A program made the position numbers and the translations under genes. Below are positions 1-9,644 of a stretch of 64,000 nucleotides of DNA, in pieces. This DNA comes from Candidatus Eiseniibacteriota bacterium (GTDB lineage Bacteria; Eisenbacteria; RBG-16-71-46; CAVPCR01): the NCBI GenBank assembly GCA_963823555.1, contig CAWGMA010000003.1:32001-96000 (forward strand). The letters are read 5' to 3'. Numbering within the stretch: position 1 is the stretch's first letter; each line of letters begins with the position of its first letter. The notes under the pieces were generated by a model that was given only the letters and a program-made list of their open reading frames with translations, ran no database searches and was not told the origin of the DNA.

Positions 1-2378
1 GCGCAGCTGCTCGCCGCGGCCCGGCGCGACGAGGTCATGTTCATCGATCGCAAGGGCGAGATGGAAGCCGACATGGACATCGTGCGCGTGATCGGCGGCA
101 GCGACTACATCCACAAGACCCTCGGCTTCCTCGGGACCGGGGTCTCCGGCGAGGTCATGGACACCGAGCTCGAGCTCACGCATCCGGAGTGGGCGCATCC
201 GCCGCTCGTGCACCTTCCCGGCGGCGACATCGTGCACGGCACGCGCGTCTTCGGCATCGTCTTCGCGCAGGGACTCAACCCCCGCGCGCGCGGGCTCCTG
301 CCCGACGGGCAGGGGATCTTCGCCTATCGCACGCCGCTGCTCGGCGGCGGGCCGACTCGCTACCAGCACACCGCGGAGCTGGTCGACCCGGCCGGTCCCT
401 ACCGCGCCGTCTTCCAGACCGACAGCACCGGGGATCCGCTCTCGACCGAGTACACGACGATCTCGGCCGAGATGGACGACATCCTCTTCCTCTACGACAT
501 CGTGATCACCCAGTCGCAGAGCAACGACGGCGACCAGGGGTCGCGCCCGCAGGCCTGGGCCAAGAACATCGTCTCCTGCGGCGGCATCAAGCACCACGAC
601 ACGCTCGACCGGAGCGACGACCGCTGGGATGGCTACGCGAGCATCGGGCCGGCCGCCGACGGCCGCATCAAGCCCGACCTCGCGCACTTCTGCGACTATG
701 TCTACACGACGACGGTTGGCGGCGGATACACCGCCACCATGGCGGCACCAGCGCCGCCACGCCGATCATCGGTGGACACTTCGGCCTCTTCTTCCAGATG
801 TGGCACGAGGGAGTCTTCCCGGGGTTCGGCGGCGGCCCCTCGGTGTTCGACGATCGCCCGCACATGACGACGGCCAAGGCGCTCATGGTCAACACCGCCT
901 TCCGCTACGACTGGCACGTTGCGGGGCCGAACGGCGATCTCGATCGCTTCAAGCAGGGCTGGGGCATGGCCGACCTCCAGAAGCTCTACGATGACCGGGA
1001 GCACATCCTGATCATCGACGAGAGCGACATCCTCGCGCCCTTCGAATCACGGGAGTACCAGATCGAGGTCGGCGACACCGACACCGAGCTCCGCGCCACG
1101 CTGGTCTACGCCGATCCGCGCGGCAACGTCGGGTCGACGCAGCACCGGATCAACGATCTCTCGCTCCGCGCCACGAGCCCGCTGGGAACGATCTACTGGG
1201 GCAACGTCGGCCTGATCGACGACAACTGGTCCACTCCCGGCGGCGCCTCGAACACGATCGACACGGTCGAGAACATCTTCATCGCCGATCCGGAGCCCGG
1301 GACGTGGACCGTCGCGGTCATCGCCGACGAGCTGATCGAGGACTCCCACCTCGAGACGCCGGAGCTCGATGCCGACTTCGCGCTGGTGGCGGCGGCGCAT
1401 GGCCCGCCGCCCCCGCCGCCGGTGGTGCCGGTCCTCTGGGACAACGGTCCCCTCGTGACCCATCCCGGCCAGGGCGCCGGCGGCGCCGATGCCAGCGCGA
1501 GAGAGAGCGTGACCCTCGGGGAAGCGATCATGGGCTACAGCCACCATGTCGCCACCGGGGCGCGTGTGGCCGATGACTTCACCGCGGATGACGCATGGAC
1601 CATCGAGCAGATCGAGTTCTTCGCCTATCAGACCGGAGCCGGCCCCGGGAACCCGACCATCCACCACGCCAACGTCCGCATCTGGGAAGGCTCGCCGCTC
1701 GAACCAGGTAGCCGCGTGGTGTACGGGGACTCGCTCACCAATCTGCTCACCGGAGCGGTCTGGGACACGCTCTATCGCACCGACGAGACGACGGTCCCCA
1801 CCGCCACCGACCGCGCGGTCTACCGGCTCAGGTGCGAGGTCGAGGGCTGGACGCTCCCGCCCGGCACCTACTGGATCGACTGGCAGGTGGACGGGACGCT
1901 CAGCTCCGGACCCTTCGTGCCGCCGATCACGATCCCTGGACAGACGAACCCGCCCGGCGCCAACGCCATCCAGTACTCGGACGCGAGCTGGCATCCGGTC
2001 ATGGACACCGGAAGCCTCACGCCGGATGATTTCAAGTTCGTGCTCCGCGGCAAGATCGAGAACACCCCGGCGAGCGCCGGCGGATCGAGCCCGGATGTGG
2101 CGCGGGCGATCGTGTCGCTCCGGCCCAACCCCTTCAATCCACTGCTGACGATCGAGCTCTCGTTCGCGCGCGCGGGAGTGGCCAGCCTCCGCCTCTACGA
2201 TGTGAGAGGACGGCTCATGCGCTCGCTCCTCGACGGCCGGGTCGCGGCCGGAACCAGCACCATCGAGTGGGACGGGCGTGACGCGGCGGGAGCCGCGCTG
2301 CCTTCCGGCGCCTACCTCTACGAGCTGCGGATCGATGGCCGCGTGCGCGATCGCGGCAAGGCCGTTCTCCTCCGGTAG
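1..2378 (+). CDS. Secreted S8 (subtilisin-family) serine peptidase with C-terminal FlgD-Ig/T9SS-like domain; 5' end outside window; one frameshift at ~740
   Basis: Frame of ORF 37..867 has VMDTE (Asp), HGT (His) and SIGPAADGRIKPD; frame of ORF 189..2378 continues with GGTSAATP (Ser) and ends PNPFNP...WDGRD...GKAVLLR. Adding one G to accatggcggc joins them. Confidence 0.85.
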   Translation, partial: AAARRGPARRGHVHRSQGRDGSRHGHRARDRRQRLHPQDPRLPRDRGLRRGHGHRARAHASGVGASAARAPSRRRHRARHARLRHRLRAGTQPPRARAPARRAGDLRLSHAAARRRADSLPAHRGAGRPGRSLPRRLPDRQHRGSALDRVHDDLGRDGRHPLPLRHRDHPVAEQRRRPGVAPAGLGQEHRLLRRHQAPRHARPERRPLGWLREHRAGRRRPHQARPRALLRLCLHDDGWRRIHRHHGGTSAATPIIGGHFGLFFQMWHEGVFPGFGGGPSVFDDRPHMTTAKALMVNTAFRYDWHVAGPNGDLDRFKQGWGMADLQKLYDDREHILIIDESDILAPFESREYQIEVGDTDTELRATLVYADPRGNVGSTQHRINDLSLRATSPLGTIYWGNVGLIDDNWSTPGGASNTIDTVENIFIADPEPGTWTVAVIADELIEDSHLETPELDADFALVAAAHGPPPPPPVVPVLWDNGPLVTHPGQGAGGADASARESVTLGEAIMGYSHHVATGARVADDFTADDAWTIEQIEFFAYQTGAGPGNPTIHHANVRIWEGSPLEPGSRVVYGDSLTNLLTGAVWDTLYRTDETTVPTATDRAVYRLRCEVEGWTLPPGTYWIDWQVDGTLSSGPFVPPITIPGQTNPPGANAIQYSDASWHPVMDTGSLTPDDFKFVLRGKIENTPASAGGSSPDVARAIVSLRPNPFNPLLTIELSFARAGVASLRLYDVRGRLMRSLLDGRVAAGTSTIEWDGRDAAGAALPSGAYLYELRIDGRVRDRGKAVLLR

Positions 2379-2461
2379 CCCGCGGGTTCGCCACAGGTCA
2401 ATGGTAGACTCCGGCCATCGCTCCGAGCACGGGGCTCATTCCATCCCCGGGAGGTCATCGC

Positions 2462-2524
2462 ATGATCGGGCGGACGCTGGCCCACTACAAGATCCTGTCG
2501 AAGCTCGGCGCGGGCGGAACATGA
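2462..2524 (+). pseudogene. N-terminal remnant of a Hanks-type Ser/Thr protein kinase
   Basis: Translates MIGRTLAHYKILSKLGAGGT*, the typical start of bacterial Ser/Thr kinases up to the Gly-rich loop; preceded by RBS GGGAGG. Confidence 0.75.
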
Positions 2525-2550
2525 CGGAGCCTGGAACATGACCGACGACC

Positions 2551-3819
2551 GTGACACGCCTCGAGATGGAGGAGGGGTTCGACCTCCCCGCCGTCCCCGC
2601 GACACCGCATGAGATCGGCCGCGCCTACCGTGAGGTGCTGACGCTGGGGACGGGCGGACTCATCCTCGCCCGCAAGGATCATCTGCTCTCCCTCTTCGCC
2701 GCCGGCGGGGATCTCGTTCATCTCGATCTCGAAGGCCGCTTGCATCGCGCCTGGATCGGCGGCGACTCCTACCAGCGTGGGTTCGATGGGCGCGTGCGCC
2801 GGGTGGTGATCGAACGCGATGATGCGTTCCGTTCGCTCGCGATCGAGCTCATCGCCGAGGAGCGCGCCGAGGAGCTGATGGAGAATGCGGGCGCTCTCGT
2901 GCGAGCGGCCGCGCGGGCGCTGCCGGCGGCGGCGCCGGCCACGATCGCGGGACCGCTGGCCCGGGCCGGACGCTGGGATCCGGCTCGTTACCGCGCGGAG
3001 ATCGAACGCTTCCGCACGATCTACGACCCCATCCCCATCCTGCCGCCGGCTGAGAACCGCTCGCTCGTCGTCCAGCTCACCTCCGGCTGCTCGTGGAACC
3101 GCTGCACGTTCTGCCACCTCTACCGCGACGCCACCTTCACGCTCAAGACACCAGAGCTCCTGCGCAGCCACGTCGAGGCGGTGCTGGCGCTCGTCGGCCG
3201 CGCGCTGCCGCTCCGCCGCGGCATCTTCCTGGGTCAGGCCAATGCGCTCTGCGTGGCGCAGGAGAAGCTCCTCCCGCTCATCGAGATCGTGCGCGAGGAG
3301 CTGGCCCGGGTCGGCGCTCCTGCGGGATTCGACCGGCTGGCCGCGTTCGTCGACGCCTTCTCGGCGCCGAAAACCGCGGATGACTATCGAGAATTGCGAG
3401 CGCGAGGACTCGAGAGCGTGGCCCTCGGGCTCGAGAGCGGCAACGCCGATGTGCTGGCGCAGCTCGGGAAGCCCGCCGAGGCGGAGCAGGCGATCGCGCT
3501 GGCCGCGGCGACGCGCGCCGCGGCTGTCCGGCTCGGGATCATCGTCCTCGTCGGCGCCGGCGGCGCCGGCCTGGCTCGCGCCCACGTCGCGGACACGGTG
3601 CGCACGATCGTTGCGATGCAGGCAACGCGGCGCGATCGGATCTACCTGTCACCCCTCGTCATCCACCCCGGCTCGGTGTACGAGGAGCGTGGCACCGGGG
3701 CGGACCGCCTCGATGCCGCTGGTCTCGCGGCCCAGGCGGCGGAGATCCGCGACGGGCTGCGCGCGGCGGGGGTCGCGGCGCCGATCGCGCTCTACGACAT
3801 CCGGCGCTTCATCTACTGA
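2551..3819 (+). CDS. Radical SAM protein with uncharacterised N-terminal extension (start uncertain)
   Basis: CxxxCxxC motif GCSWNRCTFC; GLESG motif. Confidence 0.85.
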   Translation: MTRLEMEEGFDLPAVPATPHEIGRAYREVLTLGTGGLILARKDHLLSLFAAGGDLVHLDLEGRLHRAWIGGDSYQRGFDGRVRRVVIERDDAFRSLAIELIAEERAEELMENAGALVRAAARALPAAAPATIAGPLARAGRWDPARYRAEIERFRTIYDPIPILPPAENRSLVVQLTSGCSWNRCTFCHLYRDATFTLKTPELLRSHVEAVLALVGRALPLRRGIFLGQANALCVAQEKLLPLIEIVREELARVGAPAGFDRLAAFVDAFSAPKTADDYRELRARGLESVALGLESGNADVLAQLGKPAEAEQAIALAAATRAAAVRLGIIVLVGAGGAGLARAHVADTVRTIVAMQATRRDRIYLSPLVIHPGSVYEERGTGADRLDAAGLAAQAAEIRDGLRAAGVAAPIALYDIRRFIY

Positions 3820-3872
3820 AGCTTCGCTGCCACCGGTCTCTGCTGCGGCAGGGGATCACGGCACAGCGAGAG

Positions 3873-4271
3873 TCAAGGCGCGCCCGCGATCACCGCATCG
3901 ACCTCGATCTCGACCAGCATGTCGGGGCTCACGAGCCGCTTCACCTCGACCATGGTCGCCGCCGGGCGGATATCCCGGAAGAACTCGGCATGCGCCCGCC
4001 CGATGGCCTCCCAGTCGTCGATGTTGGTGACGTACATGCGGGTGCGCACCACGTCGGACATTCGCGCCCCGGCCGCGGAGAGCGCCGCCTCGATGTTGCG
4101 GAGCGCCTGCACGGCCTGGGCGTAGGCATCGCCGGCGCCCACGAGCCGCCCGGCGGCGTCGGTGGCGGTGGTTCCGGCGACATGAACCTGGTTGCCGACG
4201 CGCACGGCGCGCGAGTAGCCGACGATGGGTTCCCAGGGGGCCCCGCTCGAGATGTTCTTCCGCTCGATCAT
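3873..4271 (-). CDS. RidA/YjgF family protein
   Basis: [29 protein letters not shown]...LVEIEVDA. Confidence 0.9.
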   Translation of the reverse strand: MIERKNISSGAPWEPIVGYSRAVRVGNQVHVAGTTATDAAGRLVGAGDAYAQAVQALRNIEAALSAAGARMSDVVRTRMYVTNIDDWEAIGRAHAEFFRDIRPAATMVEVKRLVSPDMLVEIEVDAVIAGAP

Positions 4272-4281
4272 CGCCCGGCCG

Positions 4282-4884
4282 CTAGCGCCCCGCGGCCGGG
4301 GTCTCGCTCCCGGCGAAGGTGAATACCGAGCGCAGGAACTTCACCATCCGCGACAGGAACCATATCGAGACCAGGACGAGGGCCATGACGACGAAGAACG
4401 CGATCACCGGATGCGCGACCGCGAGCCAGAGGAGGCCGAGAACCAGGCCGTCGCCGGCGAGGCTCGCCGTCCAGTTCGAGAACGGCTCGGGCGAGGCGTT
4501 GATGGCCGCCCGTGAGGTCGCCTTGGTGAGATGCGAATTGAGAGCCACCGTGCCGCCGAGGAGCGCCGCCATCACCTGAAAGATCGGAGAGGTGTCACCG
4601 ACCGCCATGTAGGCGAGCGCCGCTCCCCCGAGCGGACGGATGAAGGTATGGATCGTATCCCACACCGAATCGACCGCCGGGATCTTGTCGGCCACGAACT
4701 CGATCACGTAGAAGAGACCCGCAGTCACGAGGACGACCACGCTGCTCAAGGGATCGAGCGAGCTGGGGAGATCGATCCATCCCAGGCGATGGGTGAGCCC
4801 GAGGACGAACACGACGGCATAGAGATTGATGCCCGTGGCCCAGCTCGTGCCGAGCATGAGACCCAGAGTCGCCAGGGTTTCCAT
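4282..4884 (-). CDS. DUF4126 family membrane protein
   Basis: [33 protein letters not shown]; several hydrophobic helices. Confidence 0.85.
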   Translation of the reverse strand: METLATLGLMLGTSWATGINLYAVVFVLGLTHRLGWIDLPSSLDPLSSVVVLVTAGLFYVIEFVADKIPAVDSVWDTIHTFIRPLGGAALAYMAVGDTSPIFQVMAALLGGTVALNSHLTKATSRAAINASPEPFSNWTASLAGDGLVLGLLWLAVAHPVIAFFVVMALVLVSIWFLSRMVKFLRSVFTFAGSETPAAGR

Positions 4885-4918
4885 CTCTTGTTACCTGCTG
4901 GGGGGGGCCGCGCCGAGC

Positions 4919-5428
4919 CTATTCCAGCTCGTACATGGCTGCCTTGGGTGTCGCCTTGGCCCTGACCGAATCCGGCATGGTCGCGGCCGAGTCCGGGCTC
5001 GCCGACGCGGCTACCAGGTGGCGCAAGTAGTTGATGACATCCCAGCGCTGTTCGGGCTCGAGGTCCTTCTCGAAGCTGGGCATGGGCCGCCTGCCTTCGG
5101 TGATCTTCCAGAAGAGCTCCCCATCGCTCTGCGCAGGGATTCGATGGACGATGTCGGCCGGCTTCCTCGAGAGCCCCTTGGCCATCTTGCCGTCACCGTG
5201 ACCGTCGGCGCCGTGGCAACCCAGACAGGTGCTCCGGTAGATAGCCGCTCCCCGCGCCACGGATTCCTCGCCCGCCGCGATCGGGTTCGGAACCCCACGT
5301 GCTTCTTCAGGGGCGCGCCACCCCCCCAGCTCGGTGGCCGCCGGGGCCGGCTTGTCCTCGGCCCAGGAGCCAGCACCCATGAGAAGCGCCACCCCGGCCG
5401 CCACGGTGAGAATCGATATCGCTCGCAT
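4919..5428 (-). CDS. Periplasmic monoheme cytochrome c
   Basis: Signal peptide, NPI...G..IY...CLGCHG, GELFWKITEGR..MPSF (axial Met). Confidence 0.85.
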   Translation of the reverse strand: MRAISILTVAAGVALLMGAGSWAEDKPAPAATELGGWRAPEEARGVPNPIAAGEESVARGAAIYRSTCLGCHGADGHGDGKMAKGLSRKPADIVHRIPAQSDGELFWKITEGRRPMPSFEKDLEPEQRWDVINYLRHLVAASASPDSAATMPDSVRAKATPKAAMYELE

Positions 5429-5670
5429 GGCCAATCCTTGATCGATGTGACAACGCCCCACGGACCGGGGCTTCGGGACAACAGATCCGCTGCCGGCCGG
5501 CCCCGCCGGGCTCGAGGGCCCATAGAGGTTACCGTCTCGACGGCCGCGGTGCCAGATCCTGTCCCGGCCTTCTGGACCTCGGAGTCTACAGGCCCCGGAG
5601 TGGGTGCGGATCATCTTCCACGAAGCCGGTACAATGCCGGAACCCACTCTTTCACGATGCAGGAGGCGTC

Positions 5671-6330
5671 ATGAAGATCAATCGCTCGATGAGTATCGCG
5701 ATCATCCTCGCGGGTGCGATCTCGATCATCGGTTGCTCGGACCGTGGGGCGCGCAGCCCCGAGCCATCCCCCGCGGCCCGGCCCGAGGCCGCGGCCCCGG
5801 CACCGGCCGCGGAGCCGGAGGCCGCAGCGGCCGGCACCGCGGCTTCTCCGGCGGAGCTCCCGGCAGCGGCGGAGGAGACATCGGCGCCCGCTCCGACCGA
5901 AGCGACGAGCCAGCCTGTGCCTGCCGCGACGAGCGAGCCCGCGGCCGTCGCCGCCGAGCCGGCGGTACGATCCGCGCCGGAGTCGACGCCGGCGTCCCCG
6001 CCCGCCCCGGAAGCCGCCGCGGCGCGGATCGAGGTTCGGGCGACCAAGGCCGGCTTGACGCGCATCGGTGCCGAGAAGTGCAAGATGTGCCACAAGCTCC
6101 AGTACGACTCCTGGGCGGCGACGAAGCACGCGGCCGAAAGCCCGGCGCTCGACTGCGAGTCGTGCCATGGACCGGGGAGCGAGTACAAGGTGATGGCGAT
6201 CATGAAGGACCCGGCGCAGGCCAAGGCGGCCGGCCTCGTCATGCCGGGAAAGGAGTTCTGCGTGAAATGCCACCAGGACAACTGGTCGGACGACATGATC
6301 GCCAAGGTGCACGCGCACAAGAAGAAATGA
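5671..6330 (+). CDS. Triheme c-type cytochrome lipoprotein with Pro/Ala-rich linker
   Basis: Lipobox IIGC; CKMCH, CESCH, CVKCH; RBS AGGAGG; TACAAT upstream. Confidence 0.85.
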   Translation: MKINRSMSIAIILAGAISIIGCSDRGARSPEPSPAARPEAAAPAPAAEPEAAAAGTAASPAELPAAAEETSAPAPTEATSQPVPAATSEPAAVAAEPAVRSAPESTPASPPAPEAAAARIEVRATKAGLTRIGAEKCKMCHKLQYDSWAATKHAAESPALDCESCHGPGSEYKVMAIMKDPAQAKAAGLVMPGKEFCVKCHQDNWSDDMIAKVHAHKKK

Positions 6331-6456
6331 GACCGCTCGAGACGCGGGCCATGACGACGCCATGCGCGCCGGGTCGATGCCCGCCATGAGTCGTCAGCGA
6401 TGTGCTATAAGCCGGGGCATCGGACCATGAGCGTGATGAAAGGAAGCGAGAGAAAT

Positions 6457-7793
6457 ATGATCGCTAGGACCCGAGCAGATCGCTTGACGATGCTGTTGCT
6501 GATGCTTCCTGTCCTCATCGTGGTCCCGACCCTGTCCGTTGCCGAGGACACACCGGACGCCGAAGTGCCAGCAGCATCCACGGCGCCGGAAGCGCCGGCA
6601 GGACCGGCTGTCCCGCCATCGACTCCGCTCGATCAGATGAGTCTCCGGCTCTCACCGCTCACCGAGGCTGATCTCGCCGCCGAGGCCGACGCCTGGCTGG
6701 CTCTCGCCAAGGCCGAGACCCAGAAGGTCGTCGACGCCCGACTCAGGCTAGGAAGAGCCAGCGAAGCCGAGACGGCCGCTGCAGGCGAGGCCGTCATGGC
6801 CGTCCGAGCCGAACGACGCGAGATCTTCGAGCGCTTCTCAGCCGTGCTCTCCGCCTGGGAGGGCAAGGGCGGCGATCCAGCGAAGATCGCCACCTACCGC
6901 CAGTACATGAGCGCCGTGGCCAAGAGGGGCTCAAGTCGACCCAGATCTCGACCCTCTGGGCCCTGGCCAAGAGGTGGCTCACTTCCCGTGACGGCGGCAT
7001 CCGCTGGGCCATCCGGATCGTGCTCTTCGTGATCGCACTGATGCTCCTGGGCGCGGTGGCGAAGATCGTGTTCGCCTTGACCGGAAGGGCCCTCGGCCGC
7101 GTGCCGGACATCTCCAAGCTGCTCAAGGACTTTCTGGTCCGCGCTGCCTACTGGCTCACGCTGATCATCGGACTCGCCATCGTCGCCTCGCTCCTCGGTG
7201 TCAACATGTCGCCCGTGTTGGCCATGATCGGCGGCGCCAGCTTCATCATCGCCTTTGCGATGCAGAGCACGCTCTCGAACTTCGCGGCCGGTCTCCTGAT
7301 CATGATCTACAAGCCGTTCGATGTCGGGAACGTCGTCACCCTGGCCGGGACCACGGGCACGGTCAAGGAGGTCAGCCTGGTCTCGACGACCCTGGTCACC
7401 GGCGACAACCAGGTGATCGTCATTCCCAACGGCAATGTCTGGAGCAGTGTCATCACGAACATCACGGTGAACGACCAGCGCCGCGTGGATCTCATCTTCG
7501 GAATCGGGTATGACGACGACGCCGATCTTGCTCGCAAGATCCTCGAAGAGGTGGTCGCCGCCCATCCGCTGGTGCTCAAGGAACCGGCCCCGGTCGTGCG
7601 CCTGAACGAGCTCGGCGATTCCTCGGTGAACTTCATCTGCCGGCCGTGGGCCAAGACCGCCGACTACTGGACCGTCTACTGGGATGTCACCCAGCAGGTC
7701 AAGCAGCGCTTCGACGCGGCGAGCATCTCGATTCCGTTCCCGCAGCGCGACGTCCATGTCTACACGCACGGCACCGCCCCGGCGACACCTTGA
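6457..7793 (+). CDS. mscS: MscS-family mechanosensitive channel with N-terminal extension; frameshift at ~6925
   Basis: C-terminal ORF has FAMQSTLSNFAAG, KPFDVG, IPNG, RRVDL, IPFPQRDVH; the N-terminal ORF joins it if one G is added in gccaagaggggctc. Confidence 0.85.
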
Positions 7794-7802
7794 GATCTGG
7801 AG

Positions 7803-9623
7803 ATGGAAGCCTATCCGCCCATCGAGAACCATGGCATCATCGGCGATCTCCACACGGTCGCCCTTGTCAGCACGGACGCGACGATCGACTTCCTCTGCTT
7901 CCCCGATTTCGACTCGCCGTCGATCTTCGCCTCGCTGCTGGACGCCCAGCGCGGGGGCTCGTTCGAGCTGGCGCCGAGCCGCGAAGAAGCGACCCGGAAA
8001 CAGATCTATCTACCCGACTCGAACATTCTCCTCACCCGCTTTCTCTCCGCGGAGGGTGTCGCCGAGATATCCGACTTCATGCCGGTCGAGGAGGATGGGG
8101 TCGCCCATAACCTCGTGCGGCGCGTGAAGGCGGTGCGCGGCGAGAGCCATATCCGCATGCGGCTGGCGCCGCGGTTCGACTACGGGAGAGCGCGCCATCA
8201 CATCGAGCGGAATGCTGACGGTGCTGTCGTCTTCATCCCCGAGGGCGGCCCCAACCCGGCGCTTCGTCTCCGCACCGAGGTTCCCGTCGAGATCCGCAAC
8301 GGGGACGCCTGCGCCGAGTTCACGCTGCGCTCGGGGGAGTCCGCCGCGTTCGTGCTCGAACAGGCCACAGCGGGCGAAGAGTCACCCTGCTCGGCAGCGC
8401 ACTACGTTGCCGACTCTTTCAAGCAGACCCTCAACTTCTGGCGCTCCTGGATCGGGCGCTCCACGTACAACGGACGCTGGCGGGAGATGGTCAACCGCTC
8501 GGCGCTCACACTCAAGTTGCTGTTCTCACAGAAGCACGGCTCCATGGTCGCGGCGGCTACCTACGGCCTACCGGAAGAGATCGGAGGAGAGCGCAACTGG
8601 GACTATCGCTACACCTGGATCCGCGACACCTCCTTTGCCGCCTATGCGCTGTTCCGCCTCGGATACACCGATGAGGCGGCGCGGTTCATGGACTGGATCG
8701 GAGCACGATGCGCGGAGATCGAAACCGGGGATGCGCTCGGCATCATGTACGCCGCCGACGGCCACATGGAGCTCAAGGAGGAGGAACTCCGGCACTTCGC
8801 CGGCTATCGGGGTTCGGTCCCGGTGCGGATCGGCAATGCCGCCTACAATCAGCTCCAGCTCGACATCTACGGCGAACTCATGGACGCGGTGTATCTCCAC
8901 GACAAGTACGGATCCCAGATTTCCTATGACCTCTGGTGCCACCTGGTTCCTCTCGTCGACTGGGTCTGTGACAACTGGCAGCTCCCCGACGAAGGCATCT
9001 GGGAAACGCGGGGCCCCCGTCAGGAGTTCCTGTTCTCTCGCCTCATGTGCTGGGTTGCCCTCGACCGAGCCATCCGCCTGGCCCGCAAGCGCTCCCTTCC
9101 CGGGCCGCTTCCCCGCTGGTTCGAGACGAGGGACGAGATCTACCGCGACATCTTCACGAATTTCTGGAACGCGCGGCTGGGGGCCTTCGTGCAGTACAAG
9201 GGCGCGACCGTGCTCGATGCCGGGGCGCTCATCATGCCTCTGGTCCGCTTCATCAGCGCCAAGGATCCGCGCTTTCTCTCGACGCTCAGGGCGATCGAGG
9301 CCGATCTGGTGAGCGACTCGCTCGTCTACCGCTACCACACCGGGGATCACTTCTCGGACGGGCTCGAGGGGCGGGAAGGCACCTTCAGCCTGTGCAGCTT
9401 CTGGTACGTCGAGTGCCTGTCGCGGTCGGGAGATCTCGAGAAGGCACGCTTCTACTTCGAGAAGATGCTCGGCTATGCCAATCACCTCGGGCTCTTCGCC
9501 GAACAGCTCGGCCCGCGCGGGGAACACCTGGGGAACTTCCCCCAGGCGTTCACCCACCTGGCGCTCATCAGTGCGGCCTACGACCTCGACCGGCGACTTT
9601 CGGTGGCGGGCCGGCCGGAGTAG
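7803..9623 (+). CDS. Glycoside hydrolase family 15 (trehalase/glucoamylase-like)
   Basis: IGDLHTVALV, LPEEIGGERNWDYRYTWIRD, QLDIYGE, GNFPQAFTH. Confidence 0.93.
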   Translation: MEAYPPIENHGIIGDLHTVALVSTDATIDFLCFPDFDSPSIFASLLDAQRGGSFELAPSREEATRKQIYLPDSNILLTRFLSAEGVAEISDFMPVEEDGVAHNLVRRVKAVRGESHIRMRLAPRFDYGRARHHIERNADGAVVFIPEGGPNPALRLRTEVPVEIRNGDACAEFTLRSGESAAFVLEQATAGEESPCSAAHYVADSFKQTLNFWRSWIGRSTYNGRWREMVNRSALTLKLLFSQKHGSMVAAATYGLPEEIGGERNWDYRYTWIRDTSFAAYALFRLGYTDEAARFMDWIGARCAEIETGDALGIMYAADGHMELKEEELRHFAGYRGSVPVRIGNAAYNQLQLDIYGELMDAVYLHDKYGSQISYDLWCHLVPLVDWVCDNWQLPDEGIWETRGPRQEFLFSRLMCWVALDRAIRLARKRSLPGPLPRWFETRDEIYRDIFTNFWNARLGAFVQYKGATVLDAGALIMPLVRFISAKDPRFLSTLRAIEADLVSDSLVYRYHTGDHFSDGLEGREGTFSLCSFWYVECLSRSGDLEKARFYFEKMLGYANHLGLFAEQLGPRGEHLGNFPQAFTHLALISAAYDLDRRLSVAGRPE

Positions 9624-9644
9624 CGGCGTCCCGGTTTCGGATCC

